Source: Coriobacteriia bacterium
GTDB taxonomy: Bacteria > Actinomycetota > Coriobacteriia > Anaerosomatales > Kmv31
Assembly (NCBI GenBank): GCA_014859305.1
Contig: JACUUM010000004.1
Coordinates: 58-64,057, forward strand
Length of the DNA stretch: 64,000 nucleotides
Direction of reading: 5' to 3'
Positions within the stretch are counted from its first letter, which is position 1. Every line of letters starts with the position of its first letter. The translations under genes were made by a program, and so were the position numbers. This document shows, in pieces, positions 47,325 to 57,156 of this stretch. The notes beneath the pieces were generated by a model, which worked only from the letters and a program-made list of their open reading frames with translations, did not search any database and had not been told where the DNA came from.

Positions 47325-48446
47325 ATGCGCCTGTTCAGCGACCCCGCCGCGTCCGTGGCAGAGCCGATGCTCGCCCGAGCCTACCGCCTCGCGGAGCGAG
47401 GACGAGGGGCGACGTCCCCGAACCCCATGGTCGGGTGCGTCCTCGTCCGCGAAGGCGCCGTGGTCGGTGAGGGCTTCCACGAGCGCGCGGGGGCGCCGCA
47501 CGCCGAAGCCGTCGCGCTGGAGGCGGCCGGCGGGCGGGCGCGCGGAGCGACCGCCTATGTGACCCTCGAGCCCTGCAACCACCACGGACGCACGCCGCCG
47601 TGTGCAGAGGCGCTTGTCGCGGCAGGGGTGGCCGAGGTGGTCATCGGGATGCCCGACCGGAACCCGGACGTCGAAGGCGGCGGCGCCCAGGCGCTGAGCG
47701 ACGAGGGCGTCGAGGTGCGCTTCGCCGAGGACCCGGGACCGTTCGAGCAGCTGAACGAGGCGTGGCTGAAGCGCACACGCACCGGCCTGCCGTGGCTGGA
47801 CGTGAAGGTCGCCCTGACGCTCGACGGCCGGCCTGCGCTCGCAGCGCAGCGGCGGACGGCGATCTCGAGTCCGGAGGCCGCTCGCCTGACGATGCGACTG
47901 CGCGCGGCAGCGGACGCCGTCGCGGTGGGGGCCGCCACGCAGCGCGCAGACGACCCGCTGCTCACCGTGCGCGACGAGGGCGGCGTCCCCGCGGCCCGCC
48001 AGCCGCTTCGCGTCGTCGTGTGCCGTACGGCTTGTCCCGAGCCCGGCGCGCGGGTGCTGGACCCCGGGCTCGGCCCGTCGCTCGTTCTGATCCCCGAGGA
48101 CCGCCCCAGCGGCTGCGACGCGCTGAGCGCGTCGGGTGTGGAGTGCGAGACGTACCCGCGCGCGGACGGCCTCCTAGGCGCGCTTCGCGCGCTGAGCGGG
48201 CGCGGGCTCTCCCGCGTCCTGCTCGAGGCCGGACCCGGCTTGTTCACCTCGGCGTGGGAGGACGATCTCGTCGACCGGCTCATCCTGGTTCATGCCGGTG
48301 GCGTAGGGGGCGTCTCGGCCCCGGTGCTGTACCTCGGGCAGGGCAGCGAGGCGCACGGGCGGCTGGAGAGGGAGATGCGCTGCGTAGAGACCGGCGTTCT
48401 CGGTCCCGACGCGGTCACCGTCTGGGAGAGGCGCGCGGCCGGGTAG
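47325..48446 (+). CDS. ribD: bifunctional diaminohydroxyphosphoribosylaminopyrimidine deaminase / 5-amino-6-(5-phosphoribosylamino)uracil reductase
   Basis: PNPMVGCVLV, HAEAVAL, TLEPCNHHGRTPPC, then the reductase domain. The track start at 47229 lies inside the riboswitch. Confidence 0.9.
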   Translation: MRLFSDPAASVAEPMLARAYRLAERGRGATSPNPMVGCVLVREGAVVGEGFHERAGAPHAEAVALEAAGGRARGATAYVTLEPCNHHGRTPPCAEALVAAGVAEVVIGMPDRNPDVEGGGAQALSDEGVEVRFAEDPGPFEQLNEAWLKRTRTGLPWLDVKVALTLDGRPALAAQRRTAISSPEAARLTMRLRAAADAVAVGAATQRADDPLLTVRDEGGVPAARQPLRVVVCRTACPEPGARVLDPGLGPSLVLIPEDRPSGCDALSASGVECETYPRADGLLGALRALSGRGLSRVLLEAGPGLFTSAWEDDLVDRLILVHAGGVGGVSAPVLYLGQGSEAHGRLEREMRCVETGVLGPDAVTVWERRAAG

Positions 48447-48473
48447 GCCGCGCGGAAAGGAAGGGAGCACGCC

Positions 48474-49139
48474 GTGTTCACCGGACTTGTCGAGTCGCAG
48501 GGCGTCATCACGCGTGTCGAGCGGGTCCCGGGCGGGGTCCGGCTGGAGGTCTACGCTCCCGAGTTCGGGCGCGACATGTCGATCGGCGATTCGATAGCGG
48601 TCGATGGGGTGTGCCTGACCGTCGTGAAGTTCATCCGCGGCGCGTTCCTCGCCGACGTGAGCGACGAGACCTTGAGGGTGACCACGCTGGGCCGCCTTCA
48701 GCAGGCGGGGAAGGTGAACCTGGAGCGTGCGCTCCGGCTCTCCGACCGCCTCGGCGGGCACCTCGTCACCGGGCATGTCGACGGCGTCGGGCGGCTCGAG
48801 AGGCGGCTACCGGCCGGCAACTCGACCGTGTACACGTTCAGCGCCCCCGCGGGCGTGGCCGAGTACCTCGTGCCGAAGGGCTCGGTGGCGGTGGACGGCA
48901 TCTCGCTGACGGTGGCCTCCCTGCGACACACCGACTTCACCGCCGCCGTCGTGCCGCACACCGAGGAGGTCACCACGCTGAAGGAGAAGGCGATCGGCTC
49001 CCCGGTGAACCTGGAGGCCGACATGCTCGCCAAGTACGTCAGGCGCTACGTCGCACTGTACGAGGGAGCCGAGGAGTCCGCCGGCGAGACCCGCCGCGGG
49101 CTGGGCGAGATGCTGCGGGACTTCACGGAGGGCAGGTGA
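48474..49139 (+). CDS. ribE: riboflavin synthase (alpha chain)
   Basis: MFTGLVE, GDSIAVDGVCLTV, and the repeated lumazine-binding half (GSVAVDGISLTV). Confidence 0.92.
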   Translation: MFTGLVESQGVITRVERVPGGVRLEVYAPEFGRDMSIGDSIAVDGVCLTVVKFIRGAFLADVSDETLRVTTLGRLQQAGKVNLERALRLSDRLGGHLVTGHVDGVGRLERRLPAGNSTVYTFSAPAGVAEYLVPKGSVAVDGISLTVASLRHTDFTAAVVPHTEEVTTLKEKAIGSPVNLEADMLAKYVRRYVALYEGAEESAGETRRGLGEMLRDFTEGR

Positions 49140-50407
49140 GGGCTGACGTGGCCCACTGCGCGAACACGCCGTTCTCCTCCGTCGACGAGGCGCTGGACGA
49201 GATCCGGGCGGGGCGGATGCTCATCGTGGTCGACGACGAGGACCGGGAGAACGAGGGCGACTTCGTCATGGCCGCCGAGAAGGTCACGCCCGAGGCGGTG
49301 AACTTCATGGCCGCCAACGGCCGTGGCCTGATCTGTCTGCCGCTGACCGCCGAGCGGCTCGACGAGCTGCGCATACCCCCGATGACGCAGACCAACACCT
49401 CCGCGCAGGGGACCGCGTTCCACGTCTCGATCGGGGCCAAGGGACGCATCACCACCGGCATCTCGGCCGCCGACCGCTCCGCGACCATCCAGGCGGCGAT
49501 CGACCCCGCCACCGGTCCGGAGGACGTCTCGATGCCCGGCCACGTCTTCCCGCTGCGCGCCAAGCCCGGAGGCGTGCTCGAACGCGCCGGGCACACGGAG
49601 GCGGCGGTGGACCTGGCGCGCCTCGCGGGGCTGTACCCGGCGGGCGTCATCTGCGAGATCATGAACGCCGACGGCTCGATGGCCCGGCGGCCGCAGCTCG
49701 AGCGCGTCGCGGCGGAGCGGGGTCTCAAGATGGTGACCGTGGCCGACCTGATCCGCTACCGGCGGCGGACGGAGCGCCTCGTGGAGCGCAGCTCCACGGT
49801 ATTCCTGCCTACGGCGCACGGGGACTTCACGGCCTACGGATACACCTCCGTACTGGACGGCGCGACCCATATCGCGCTGGTGGCGGGCGACGTCTCCGGT
49901 GCGCGAGACGTGCTGGTCAGGGTGCACTCCGAGTGCCTCACCGGCGACGTCTTCGGCTCCCTGCGCTGCGACTGCGGGTCCCAGCTGCAAGAGGCCATGC
50001 GGCTCATCCAGAGCGAGCGGCGCGGGGTCATCCTCTACATCGTCGGTCATGAGGGCCGCGGCATCGGGCTGGCGAACAAGCTCAGGGCTTACGAGCTCCA
50101 GGAGCGCGGCCACGACACGGTGGAGGCGAACGAGGCGCTCGGCTTTCCTGCCGACCTGCGCGACTACGGCATCGGCGCGCAGATACTCGCGGACCTCGGC
50201 CTGTCCTCGATGAGGCTGCTGACGAACAACCCCACCAAGATCGTCGGGCTCGAGGGATACGGGCTCGAGGTGGTCGAGCAGGTCCCGCTCGAAGTACCGG
50301 CATGCCCGCACAACCTGGAGTACCTCCACACGAAGCGCGACAAGATGGCCCACACCCTGACGCTCCCCCCGGGCCGCCCCGGAGGGTCCCTGACGGAAGG
50401 AGAGTGA
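49136..50407 (+). CDS. ribBA: bifunctional 3,4-dihydroxy-2-butanone-4-phosphate synthase / GTP cyclohydrolase II
   Basis: GTGA overlap (alternative GTG at 49148). Motifs: [43 protein letters not shown]. Confidence 0.92.
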   Translation: MRADVAHCANTPFSSVDEALDEIRAGRMLIVVDDEDRENEGDFVMAAEKVTPEAVNFMAANGRGLICLPLTAERLDELRIPPMTQTNTSAQGTAFHVSIGAKGRITTGISAADRSATIQAAIDPATGPEDVSMPGHVFPLRAKPGGVLERAGHTEAAVDLARLAGLYPAGVICEIMNADGSMARRPQLERVAAERGLKMVTVADLIRYRRRTERLVERSSTVFLPTAHGDFTAYGYTSVLDGATHIALVAGDVSGARDVLVRVHSECLTGDVFGSLRCDCGSQLQEAMRLIQSERRGVILYIVGHEGRGIGLANKLRAYELQERGHDTVEANEALGFPADLRDYGIGAQILADLGLSSMRLLTNNPTKIVGLEGYGLEVVEQVPLEVPACPHNLEYLHTKRDKMAHTLTLPPGRPGGSLTEGE

Positions 50408-50411
50408 CCGG

Positions 50412-50876
50412 ATGGCGACGTACCAAGGCGACTTCATCGGCACCGACCTCAAGATCGGCGTCGTCGTGAGCCGCTTCAACGAGCTCCTGTCCGCGCGTCT
50501 GCTCGACGGCGCCCGCGACGCGCTGGCGCGCCACGGGACGGCGCCGGAAGCGGTCGACGTCGCCTGGGTGCCCGGCGCCTTCGAGCTGCCGCTGGCGGCC
50601 AAACGTATGGCTGCCTCGGGCGCCTACGATGCCGTGATAGCTCTCGGCGTGGTGATCAGAGGCGGGACCCCGCACTTCGAGTACGTAGCCGCCGAGGTGA
50701 GCAAGGGCGTGGCTTCCACGTCGCTGGACACCGGGGTCCCCGTGATCTTCGGCGTCGTCACCGCCGACACGATCGAACAAGCGGTGGAACGGGCAGGCAC
50801 CAAGGCCGGCAACAAGGGATGGGACGCGGCGCTGTCGGCCATCGAGATGGCGAACCTGCTGAAGGCGATGCCGTAG
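50412..50876 (+). CDS. ribH: 6,7-dimethyl-8-ribityllumazine synthase
   Basis: [31 protein letters not shown]. Confidence 0.93.
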   Translation: MATYQGDFIGTDLKIGVVVSRFNELLSARLLDGARDALARHGTAPEAVDVAWVPGAFELPLAAKRMAASGAYDAVIALGVVIRGGTPHFEYVAAEVSKGVASTSLDTGVPVIFGVVTADTIEQAVERAGTKAGNKGWDAALSAIEMANLLKAMP

Positions 50877-50897
50877 GCCTTCTCCTCGGGCGGTCGC

Positions 50898-50932
50898 GAG
50901 GCCCCGTCCTCCCGACCGGAGAGCGGGGCCTC
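50898..50932 (+). terminator. GC-rich stem-loop after ribH (candidate terminator, no U-tract)
   Basis: GAGGCCCCG (50898-50906) pairs with CGGGGCCTC (50924-50932). Inner CTCC/GGAG pairing extends the stem. Confidence 0.45.
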
Positions 50933-51227
50933 ACCGTCCGTGGAAGACCCAGAGGGCCCTCGCCACCCTGTGGCTGTCGGCCGTGGGTCCTCTTGCCGCT
51001 TCGCACCCTCTCGCGGGGGGTCCGAGGAGAGACGGAACCAGAATCTAGCACCGGCCGGCCCGGCCGACAAGCGACGCTGTGTTCGATTCGACGAACGGCG
51101 ACGCGGGCCGCCGGAGCGGGTCGAGCGGGTGGACCCGCGGCGACCCGGACCACTTGTCCGTCGGCCAGGCCCTCCGATTGCGCTAAGATGGGCGGGGCTG
51201 TTCCGACCGCGCGGAAGGGAGCCTGCG

Positions 51228-51968
51228 ATGCTGGAGGACGATACCGTCCCGGCCGGCCCCCCCGACCAGGACGAGGGCACGACCGAGGAGCGACAGGAGC
51301 GTTCCCGCTTCGCCGTGCTCGACGTCTTCGGCCTGAAGCTGGAGGTCAGCAACCCGCGCCTGGCCGAGCTGCTCACCATGGACGCCAAGGACGCCCTCGG
51401 CGCCGACGTGCGCGAGTTCGTCGGCGCCGCGCCCCAGGTCCACACCGGGGCGGGAACGGAGGCCGTGCCGGAGGTCGTCCTCTCGGTCCCGAGAGCCCGA
51501 GACGAGCAGGAGGCGCGGCTGAGGCGGGAGTTCCGCGCGCGGGTAGAGGCCGACGGGGCTGCGATCGGCTTCGCGACGAGCGGCGAGGGGATGTGGAAGT
51601 CCGCCTCGGGTCTGTCGATCCTCACGCGCGCCATCGAGCGGCCGGTCTCCCTCGCGGCCGCGAGCCACTACGTCTCGGAGGTCGCGAACCGGCGGGAGAC
51701 CGTCGCGGGCCCGGACTCCACGGCGCTGTTCATCGTCGACGGCCAGCAGACCGCCGACGTCTTCAAGGTCGCCATCCGGCAACGGCGCCTGTACGACCTC
51801 ATGCGGACGATCGCCGTCGAGAACCTCGAAGAGATCCGGGCGCTGGTGGAGCACGGGACGATCGACCACGCCCAGGCGGTCGTGCTGCTCGTCCCGATCG
51901 CCAACATCGACGTGGGCGAGGTCCTGTCGATCATCCGCTCGGCGGCTCCGGAGGCCGAAGCCGGCTGA
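51228..51968 (+). CDS. hypothetical protein (246 aa), no family recognised
   Basis: SD GGAAGGGAG lies before ATG 51228. The frame is GC3-rich, with an acidic N-terminus and an ordered-looking C-terminal half. The track ORF start at 50940 is probably an extension. Confidence 0.6.
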   Translation: MLEDDTVPAGPPDQDEGTTEERQERSRFAVLDVFGLKLEVSNPRLAELLTMDAKDALGADVREFVGAAPQVHTGAGTEAVPEVVLSVPRARDEQEARLRREFRARVEADGAAIGFATSGEGMWKSASGLSILTRAIERPVSLAAASHYVSEVANRRETVAGPDSTALFIVDGQQTADVFKVAIRQRRLYDLMRTIAVENLEEIRALVEHGTIDHAQAVVLLVPIANIDVGEVLSIIRSAAPEAEAG

Positions 51969-52030
51969 GCCGCGCCCGGACCGAGCTGCCGCTTCACGCG
52001 TCTCGGCGAGCGCGGGAAGCACCTCCAGGC

Positions 52031-52089
52031 TTGACATGCCCGCCGTCGCGTTTTAAACCTTACCTATTCGGTAAGGATTCACCTTACGG
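52031..52089 (+). promoter_or_regulatory. candidate iscR promoter (TTGACA -35) with overlapping inverted repeat CCTTACC-TATTC-GGTAAGG and a third ACCTTAC half-site
   Basis: TTGACA at 52031-52036. Perfect 7-bp inverted repeat at 52058-52076. ACCTTAC occurs at both 52057-52063 and 52081-52087. This is an AT-rich island 25-55 nt upstream of the Rrf2 gene. Confidence 0.45.
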
Positions 52090-52112
52090 CGGCGACTGCG
52101 AGGACGGGCGGC

Positions 52113-52541
52113 ATGCGGCTCACGGCGAAGAGCGAGTACGGTCTCCTCGCGCTGATCGACCTCGCGTGCCGTCACGGCGCAGGCCCTATCAGCGTGCGGG
52201 AGATCTCGGAGCGCCAGGGCGTCCCGGCGAACTTCCTCGAGCAGCTGCTGGTCTCGTTGCGCCGCGCGGGCATCGTCACGTCCGTGCGCGGCGCCAGGGG
52301 CGGTTTCGAGCTCGGGAAGGACCCGGACGCGATCACCGTGCTCGACGCCGTCGAGGCTCTCGAGGGGCCGCTCGTGCCCACCCTGTGCTCGCCGGACCGC
52401 GAGTGCGGCCGCAGCCACGCGTGCGCCGCCGCCGTCGTGTGGGAGAGGGCGGCGGACGGCCTGCGGGGCGTGCTGCAGGGTACCACGCTGTCGGATCTGG
52501 CCTCGGCGCAGACGCGTCTCGACGCGGGAAAGGGAGCGTGA
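52113..52541 (+). CDS. iscR: Rrf2-family transcriptional regulator (IscR-like, three-Cys cluster motif)
   Basis: MRLTAKSEYGLLALIDL, wHTH ISVREISERQGVPANFLEQLLVSLRRAGIV, and CSPDRECGRSHAC (C-x5-C-x5-C). Confidence 0.85.
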   Translation: MRLTAKSEYGLLALIDLACRHGAGPISVREISERQGVPANFLEQLLVSLRRAGIVTSVRGARGGFELGKDPDAITVLDAVEALEGPLVPTLCSPDRECGRSHACAAAVVWERAADGLRGVLQGTTLSDLASAQTRLDAGKGA

Positions 52542-53731
52542 TCGGCGTGGAGCGGCTGGTGTATCTGGACTACGCGGCGACCACCCCGGTGGACCCCCGC
52601 GTCGTAGAGGTGATGGCGCCCTTCCACACGGAGCGCTACGGCAACCCGAACAGTCTCTACGCGCTGGGCCGCGACGCCCACAAGGCCCTCGAGGACGCGC
52701 GGGAGAGCGTCATGGCCTCCATCAGCGCCGCGAGTCCCAACGAAGTGCTCTTCACCGGCGGCGGCACCGAATCGGACAACGCGGTGCTCCTCGGGGTCAC
52801 CGCCGCGGCGAGCGAGCGGAAGGGCCGCCATGTGGTCGTCTCGGCGTTCGAGCACCACGCGGTGCTGGAGCCGGCGCACTGGCTCGAGAAGCACGGGTAC
52901 GAGGTCTCCTATCTCAAGCCCCACGAGGACGGCGTGGTCCACCCCGAGGACCTGGCCGCGGCGTTGCGTGACGATACCGTCCTCGTCTCGATCATGCACG
53001 CGAACAACGAGATCGGCACGCTGCAGCCGATCGCCCGCCTGGCCGAGGTCGCGCACGAGCGCGGCGCGTACTTCCACACGGATGCCGCGCAGTCCCTCGG
53101 CAAAGTGGCCTTCGACGTCGGTGCCCTCGGTGTGGACGCGGCCTCCTTCTCCGCCCACAAGGTCTACGGCCCCAAAGGCGTCGGCGGCCTCTACCTCAAG
53201 CGAGGAACCCCGTTCGCGGCGCTGCTTCGCGGGGGGGGTCAGGAGTTCCGCAAGCGGTCCGGCACGCAGAACGTCGCCGGCGCGGCGGGCTTCGCCGAGG
53301 CGCTGCGGATCATGGACGAGGAACGCACCGCCGAGGCGCCCCGGCTGGAGGCGCTGCGGGACCGGGTCGCAGAGGGCGTCCTGGCCATGGAGAACACGCG
53401 ACTGTCGGCGGCCGACTCGCAGGAGCGATTGCCGAACATCGCGAACCTGATCGTCCTCGGCGTGGAGGGAGAGGCGATGCTGCTCCAGCTCGACGCCAAG
53501 GGCATCGCGGTCTCCACGGGATCGGCGTGCTCCTCGGGCTCACTGGAGCCCAGCCACGTGCTGCTCTCCATCGGATGCAAGCCCGAGCATGCGCACGGGT
53601 CGCTGCGCGTCACCGTGGGGAGGTACACCACCGAGGAGGATGTCGAGTACTTCGTCGAGACGCTGCCGCCGATCGTCGAGCGCCTGCGTGCGATGTCGCC
53701 GGTCTACGCGAGGATGTTCGGGCGGAGCTAG
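52538..53731 (+). CDS. nifS: cysteine desulfurase (NifS/IscS type)
   Basis: GTGA overlap with iscR. Motifs: YLDYAATTP, SAHKVYGPKGVGGLY (PLP Lys), SGTQNV, GSACSSG (catalytic Cys). Confidence 0.9.
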   Translation: MIGVERLVYLDYAATTPVDPRVVEVMAPFHTERYGNPNSLYALGRDAHKALEDARESVMASISAASPNEVLFTGGGTESDNAVLLGVTAAASERKGRHVVVSAFEHHAVLEPAHWLEKHGYEVSYLKPHEDGVVHPEDLAAALRDDTVLVSIMHANNEIGTLQPIARLAEVAHERGAYFHTDAAQSLGKVAFDVGALGVDAASFSAHKVYGPKGVGGLYLKRGTPFAALLRGGGQEFRKRSGTQNVAGAAGFAEALRIMDEERTAEAPRLEALRDRVAEGVLAMENTRLSAADSQERLPNIANLIVLGVEGEAMLLQLDAKGIAVSTGSACSSGSLEPSHVLLSIGCKPEHAHGSLRVTVGRYTTEEDVEYFVETLPPIVERLRAMSPVYARMFGRS

Positions 53732-53766
53732 CGGCGCCGGCACGCCGCCACGCGAGAAGGAGAGGC

Positions 53767-54198
53767 ATGTACAGCGAGAAGGTCATGGAGCACTTCGCGA
53801 ACCCGCACAACGTCGGCGTGATAGAGGACGCGGACGGCGTGGGCGAGGTGGGCAACCCCGTCTGCGGCGACGTCATGAAGATCACGATCAGGGTCGATGA
53901 CGACCGGATCGACGACATCAAGTTCCAGACGCTCGGTTGCGGGGCCGCGATCGCGACCTCGTCGATCGTGACCGAGATGGCAAAGGGCATGTCGCTCGCC
54001 GACGCGGTGAGGATCTCCAAGCAGCAGGTCGCGGACGAGCTCGGCGGCCTGCCGCCGGTCAAGATGCACTGCTCCGTCCTGGCGACCGACGGCCTGAAGA
54101 AGGCCGTGGACGACTACCTGGTCAAGCAGGGACGCGAGCCCATCGCGGGACCCATACGCTCCGAGGACCCTCACTTCGACCCGCATGGCGAGGAGTAG
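53767..54198 (+). CDS. iscU: Fe-S cluster assembly scaffold (IscU / NifU N-terminal type)
   Basis: HFANPHNVG, NPVCGDVM, FQTLGCGAAIATSS, KMHCSVLA. Confidence 0.9.
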   Translation: MYSEKVMEHFANPHNVGVIEDADGVGEVGNPVCGDVMKITIRVDDDRIDDIKFQTLGCGAAIATSSIVTEMAKGMSLADAVRISKQQVADELGGLPPVKMHCSVLATDGLKKAVDDYLVKQGREPIAGPIRSEDPHFDPHGEE

Positions 54199-54203
54199 TC
54201 CCC

Positions 54204-55256
54204 TTGGCCCGCCTCTTCGTCGCGATGAGCGGAGGCGTCGACAGCTCGGTTGCGGCCGCCCTGCTCGTGGAGGAGGGCCACGAGGTCGTGGGCGTGACCA
54301 TGCGGCTGCTCGCGGCACCCGACGCCGAGAGCGGCTGCTGCTCGGCCGCCGCCGCCCGGGACGCGAAGAGGGTGTGCCACGCCCTGGGCATCCCGCACTA
54401 CACGATGGACTTCCGCGACACGTTCTCGCGCGAGGTCGCCGCGCCCTTCGCCGAGGCCTACGCCGTCGGGAGGACGCCGAACCCCTGTGTCGCCTGCAAC
54501 GACCGGGTCAAGTTCGACGAGCTGCTGCGGCGGTGTCTCGCCGCGGGGGCGGAAGGGCTCGCGACGGGGCACTACGCGCGCATCGTAGAGGATCCCGCGG
54601 GGAAGCGCTGGCTGGTGCGCGGCGCCGACGCCGGCAAGGACCAGAGCTACTTCCTGTATCGCATGACCTCCGAGCACCTCGCGCTCGCACGCTTCCCCGT
54701 CGGAGGCCTGACGAAGGACCGGGTGCGCCGGATCGCAGCCGAACGGGCGCTCCCCACCGCCGAGAAGCCCGACAGCCAGGAGATCTGCTTCGTGCCCGAC
54801 GACGACTACGGGGCGTTCGTGGCCCAGGCGTATCCCGGTGCGCTGACCCCGGGTCCCGTGCTCGATACGGCTGGCCGCGTCGTGGGCGAGCACGGCGGGC
54901 TCGCGCGCTACACGGTCGGGCAGCGCCGTGGGCTCGGCGGCGGGGCCGACCGGAGGCGTTACGTGGTCGCCCTGCTGCCCGAACGCAACGCCGTCGTCGT
55001 CGGCGAGGCGCGCGAGTTGGAGGCGCGCGAGCTGGTGGCCGACGACGTCGTCTGGCGCGCGGGGGCCGCCGAGCGAGGGGGGGTGGCGATCCGCCACCGC
55101 GCCCGCCCGGTCCCCGGGCTGATCCGGCTCGGCGAGGACGGGACTCTGCGGATCGCGCTCGACGAGCCGGTGGTCGGCGCGGCACCAGGGCAGTCCGTCG
55201 TATGCTACGCGGGAGAGCGCGTGCTCGGCGGCGGGGTGCTGAGGGAGGCGCGATGA
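54204..55256 (+). CDS. mnmA: tRNA 2-thiouridine(34) synthase
   Basis: Probable TTG start. Motifs: VAMSGGVDSSVAA PP-loop, TPNPCVACN, DQSYFLY. Confidence 0.88.
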   Translation: MARLFVAMSGGVDSSVAAALLVEEGHEVVGVTMRLLAAPDAESGCCSAAAARDAKRVCHALGIPHYTMDFRDTFSREVAAPFAEAYAVGRTPNPCVACNDRVKFDELLRRCLAAGAEGLATGHYARIVEDPAGKRWLVRGADAGKDQSYFLYRMTSEHLALARFPVGGLTKDRVRRIAAERALPTAEKPDSQEICFVPDDDYGAFVAQAYPGALTPGPVLDTAGRVVGEHGGLARYTVGQRRGLGGGADRRRYVVALLPERNAVVVGEARELEARELVADDVVWRAGAAERGGVAIRHRARPVPGLIRLGEDGTLRIALDEPVVGAAPGQSVVCYAGERVLGGGVLREAR

Positions 55257-56068
55257 GGGTCGACCTGCACGTGCACACGTCGCTGTGCCGACACGCGGAG
55301 GGCACCGCCGCGGAGATGGCCGAGGCCGCTCGCGCCGCGGGCCTGGATGTCGTGGCGATCACCGACCACCTGCCGCTTCCCCCGGGCTTCGACCCCGGCT
55401 ACGCCATGGGCGCCGACGAGCTCGAGGCCTACGTCTCCGAGGTGCTGGTCGCCGCCGAGGGCATGCGCTCCGCCGGCGGACCCGAGGTCCTCCTCGGCAT
55501 CGAGGCCGACTGGCTGCCGGGGGCCGAGGAGCGCGTCGGCGACGCCGTCGCGGCGTACCCGTTCGACGTCGTCCTGGGGTCGGTCCATTTCCTCGACGGC
55601 TGGGCCTTCGACGACCCGCGCCTGGCGGGCGAGTGGGACCGCCGCGACGCGGGGGATGTGTGGCGCGCCTACTTCGGCCGGCTCTGCGCGGCGGCCCGCA
55701 GCGGTCTCTTCGACGCCATGGCGCATCCCGACCTGGTCAAGAAGTTCGGGCATCGCCCGGGTTTCGACGCGCTGCCGCTGTACGAGGAAGCCGCGTCCGT
55801 CTTCGCGGGCGCGGGCGTGGCGGTGGAGGTGAACACTGCCGGGCTGCGCAAGCCGGTGGGCGAGGCGTACCCCTCGCTCGACTTCCTCGCCGCCTGCCGC
55901 AGAGCCGGAGTGAGCGTGGTGACCGGATCCGACGCGCACCACCCCCTGGAGGTCGGCTTCCGGCTGGACGCGGCCGAGGAGCTGCTGCGCGCGGCCGGGT
56001 ACGAGAGCATCGCCGTCGTACGTGGACGCCGGATCGAGGAGATCCCGATGGGGGTGGCACGCCGATGA
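55253..56068 (+). CDS. PHP-family histidinol-phosphatase-like hydrolase
   Basis: ATGA overlap. Motifs: VDLHVHT, ITDH, GIEADW, GSVHFL, AHPD, GSDAH. Confidence 0.78.
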   Translation: MRVDLHVHTSLCRHAEGTAAEMAEAARAAGLDVVAITDHLPLPPGFDPGYAMGADELEAYVSEVLVAAEGMRSAGGPEVLLGIEADWLPGAEERVGDAVAAYPFDVVLGSVHFLDGWAFDDPRLAGEWDRRDAGDVWRAYFGRLCAAARSGLFDAMAHPDLVKKFGHRPGFDALPLYEEAASVFAGAGVAVEVNTAGLRKPVGEAYPSLDFLAACRRAGVSVVTGSDAHHPLEVGFRLDAAEELLRAAGYESIAVVRGRRIEEIPMGVARR

Positions 56069-57156
56069 GCGGTGCTACGATCGCCGATGTCGTGGGGGTG
56101 CTCGAGGAGCGGTTCCCCTCGCAGTGGACGGAGCCGTGGGACGCGGTCGGGCTGCTGGCGGGGAGGGCGGACGCGCAGGTCACGGGCGTGCTGGTGACGC
56201 TCGACCCGACGGTCGACGCCGTCGAGCGCGCGGCCTCCGCGGGCGCGAACCTGCTCGTGACGCATCACCCGGCCTACCTGGGGCCCGGGCCTCGACCGAC
56301 CGAGACCGCGAGCCCGCTTCTGCCCGCGTTGCAGTCCGGTGTCGCGCTCGCCTGCGCGCACACCAACCTCGACCGCTCGCCTGCCGGCGCGGAGGCGCTG
56401 CCGGCGGTCCTCGGGCTGCGGGTGCTGCGGCCGCTGGAGGACGGGCTCCAGCCCGTCGACGTCGTGACCGTGTTCGTCCCCCCGGAGGCCGAGGACGCAG
56501 TCGTGGACTCCATGGCGGCGGCAGGCGCGGGGCGCATCGGCCTCTACGGGGGCTGCGCCTTCTGCGGCAGCGGCATCGGCCGCTACACGCCGCTGCGCGG
56601 CTCCTCCCCGTCGGTCGGGACGCACGGGCGGGAGGAGCGGGTGGCCGAGTCGCGCGTGGAGATGGTGGCCCCGCGCGGAAGCGGTCCGGGCGTAGCCTCG
56701 GCGGCGGCAGCGGCCCACCCCTACGACGAGCCGCTCATCATGGTGCAGGAGTCCTCTACCGCCCGCGGAGCCGCGCGGATGGGACGTCTGTGCGCCACCG
56801 GCGGCCGGACCCTGCAGGAGCTCGTCTTCGACGTCGCATGCAGGCTGCAGGTGGCGCCGCGCGCGCTCGGCGAGCCCGAGCGGCTCGTGGAGACCGTCGC
56901 CGTGGCGAACGGGTCCGCGGGCTCGCTCCTGGGCGCGGCGCTGTCCTCGAGCGCCGACGCGTTCCTGGTGGGCGAGCTGAGGTATCATGACGCGTTGGAC
57001 GCCGTGGCCGCGGGTCTGTGCGTGATCGAGGTCGGCCACGACGCCAGCGAGTGGCCGATGGTGACCGTGCTCGCCGAGGCGGTGCGCGCGACTCCGTCGC
57101 TCGGGACCACGGCGGTCCACGTGGACGCGCCGGGAACGCTGTACTGGTCGCCGTGA
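56065..57156 (+). CDS. Nif3-like dinuclear metal centre protein (YqfO type with PII-like insert)
   Basis: ATGA overlap. Motifs: DAVGLL, LLVTHHPA, AHTNLD, central insert VVTVFVPPEAEDAVVDSMAAAGAG, C-terminal GELRYHD...EVGHDASE. Confidence 0.82.
   Translation: MSGATIADVVGVLEERFPSQWTEPWDAVGLLAGRADAQVTGVLVTLDPTVDAVERAASAGANLLVTHHPAYLGPGPRPTETASPLLPALQSGVALACAHTNLDRSPAGAEALPAVLGLRVLRPLEDGLQPVDVVTVFVPPEAEDAVVDSMAAAGAGRIGLYGGCAFCGSGIGRYTPLRGSSPSVGTHGREERVAESRVEMVAPRGSGPGVASAAAAAHPYDEPLIMVQESSTARGAARMGRLCATGGRTLQELVFDVACRLQVAPRALGEPERLVETVAVANGSAGSLLGAALSSSADAFLVGELRYHDALDAVAAGLCVIEVGHDASEWPMVTVLAEAVRATPSLGTTAVHVDAPGTLYWSP

Noticed and set aside
51081-51096. GTTCGATTCGACGAAC as a second LexA box
   Set aside because: The half-site orientation is inverted (GTTCG...CGAAC instead of CGAAC-N4-GTTCG) and the spacing is wrong, so it is not a LexA site.
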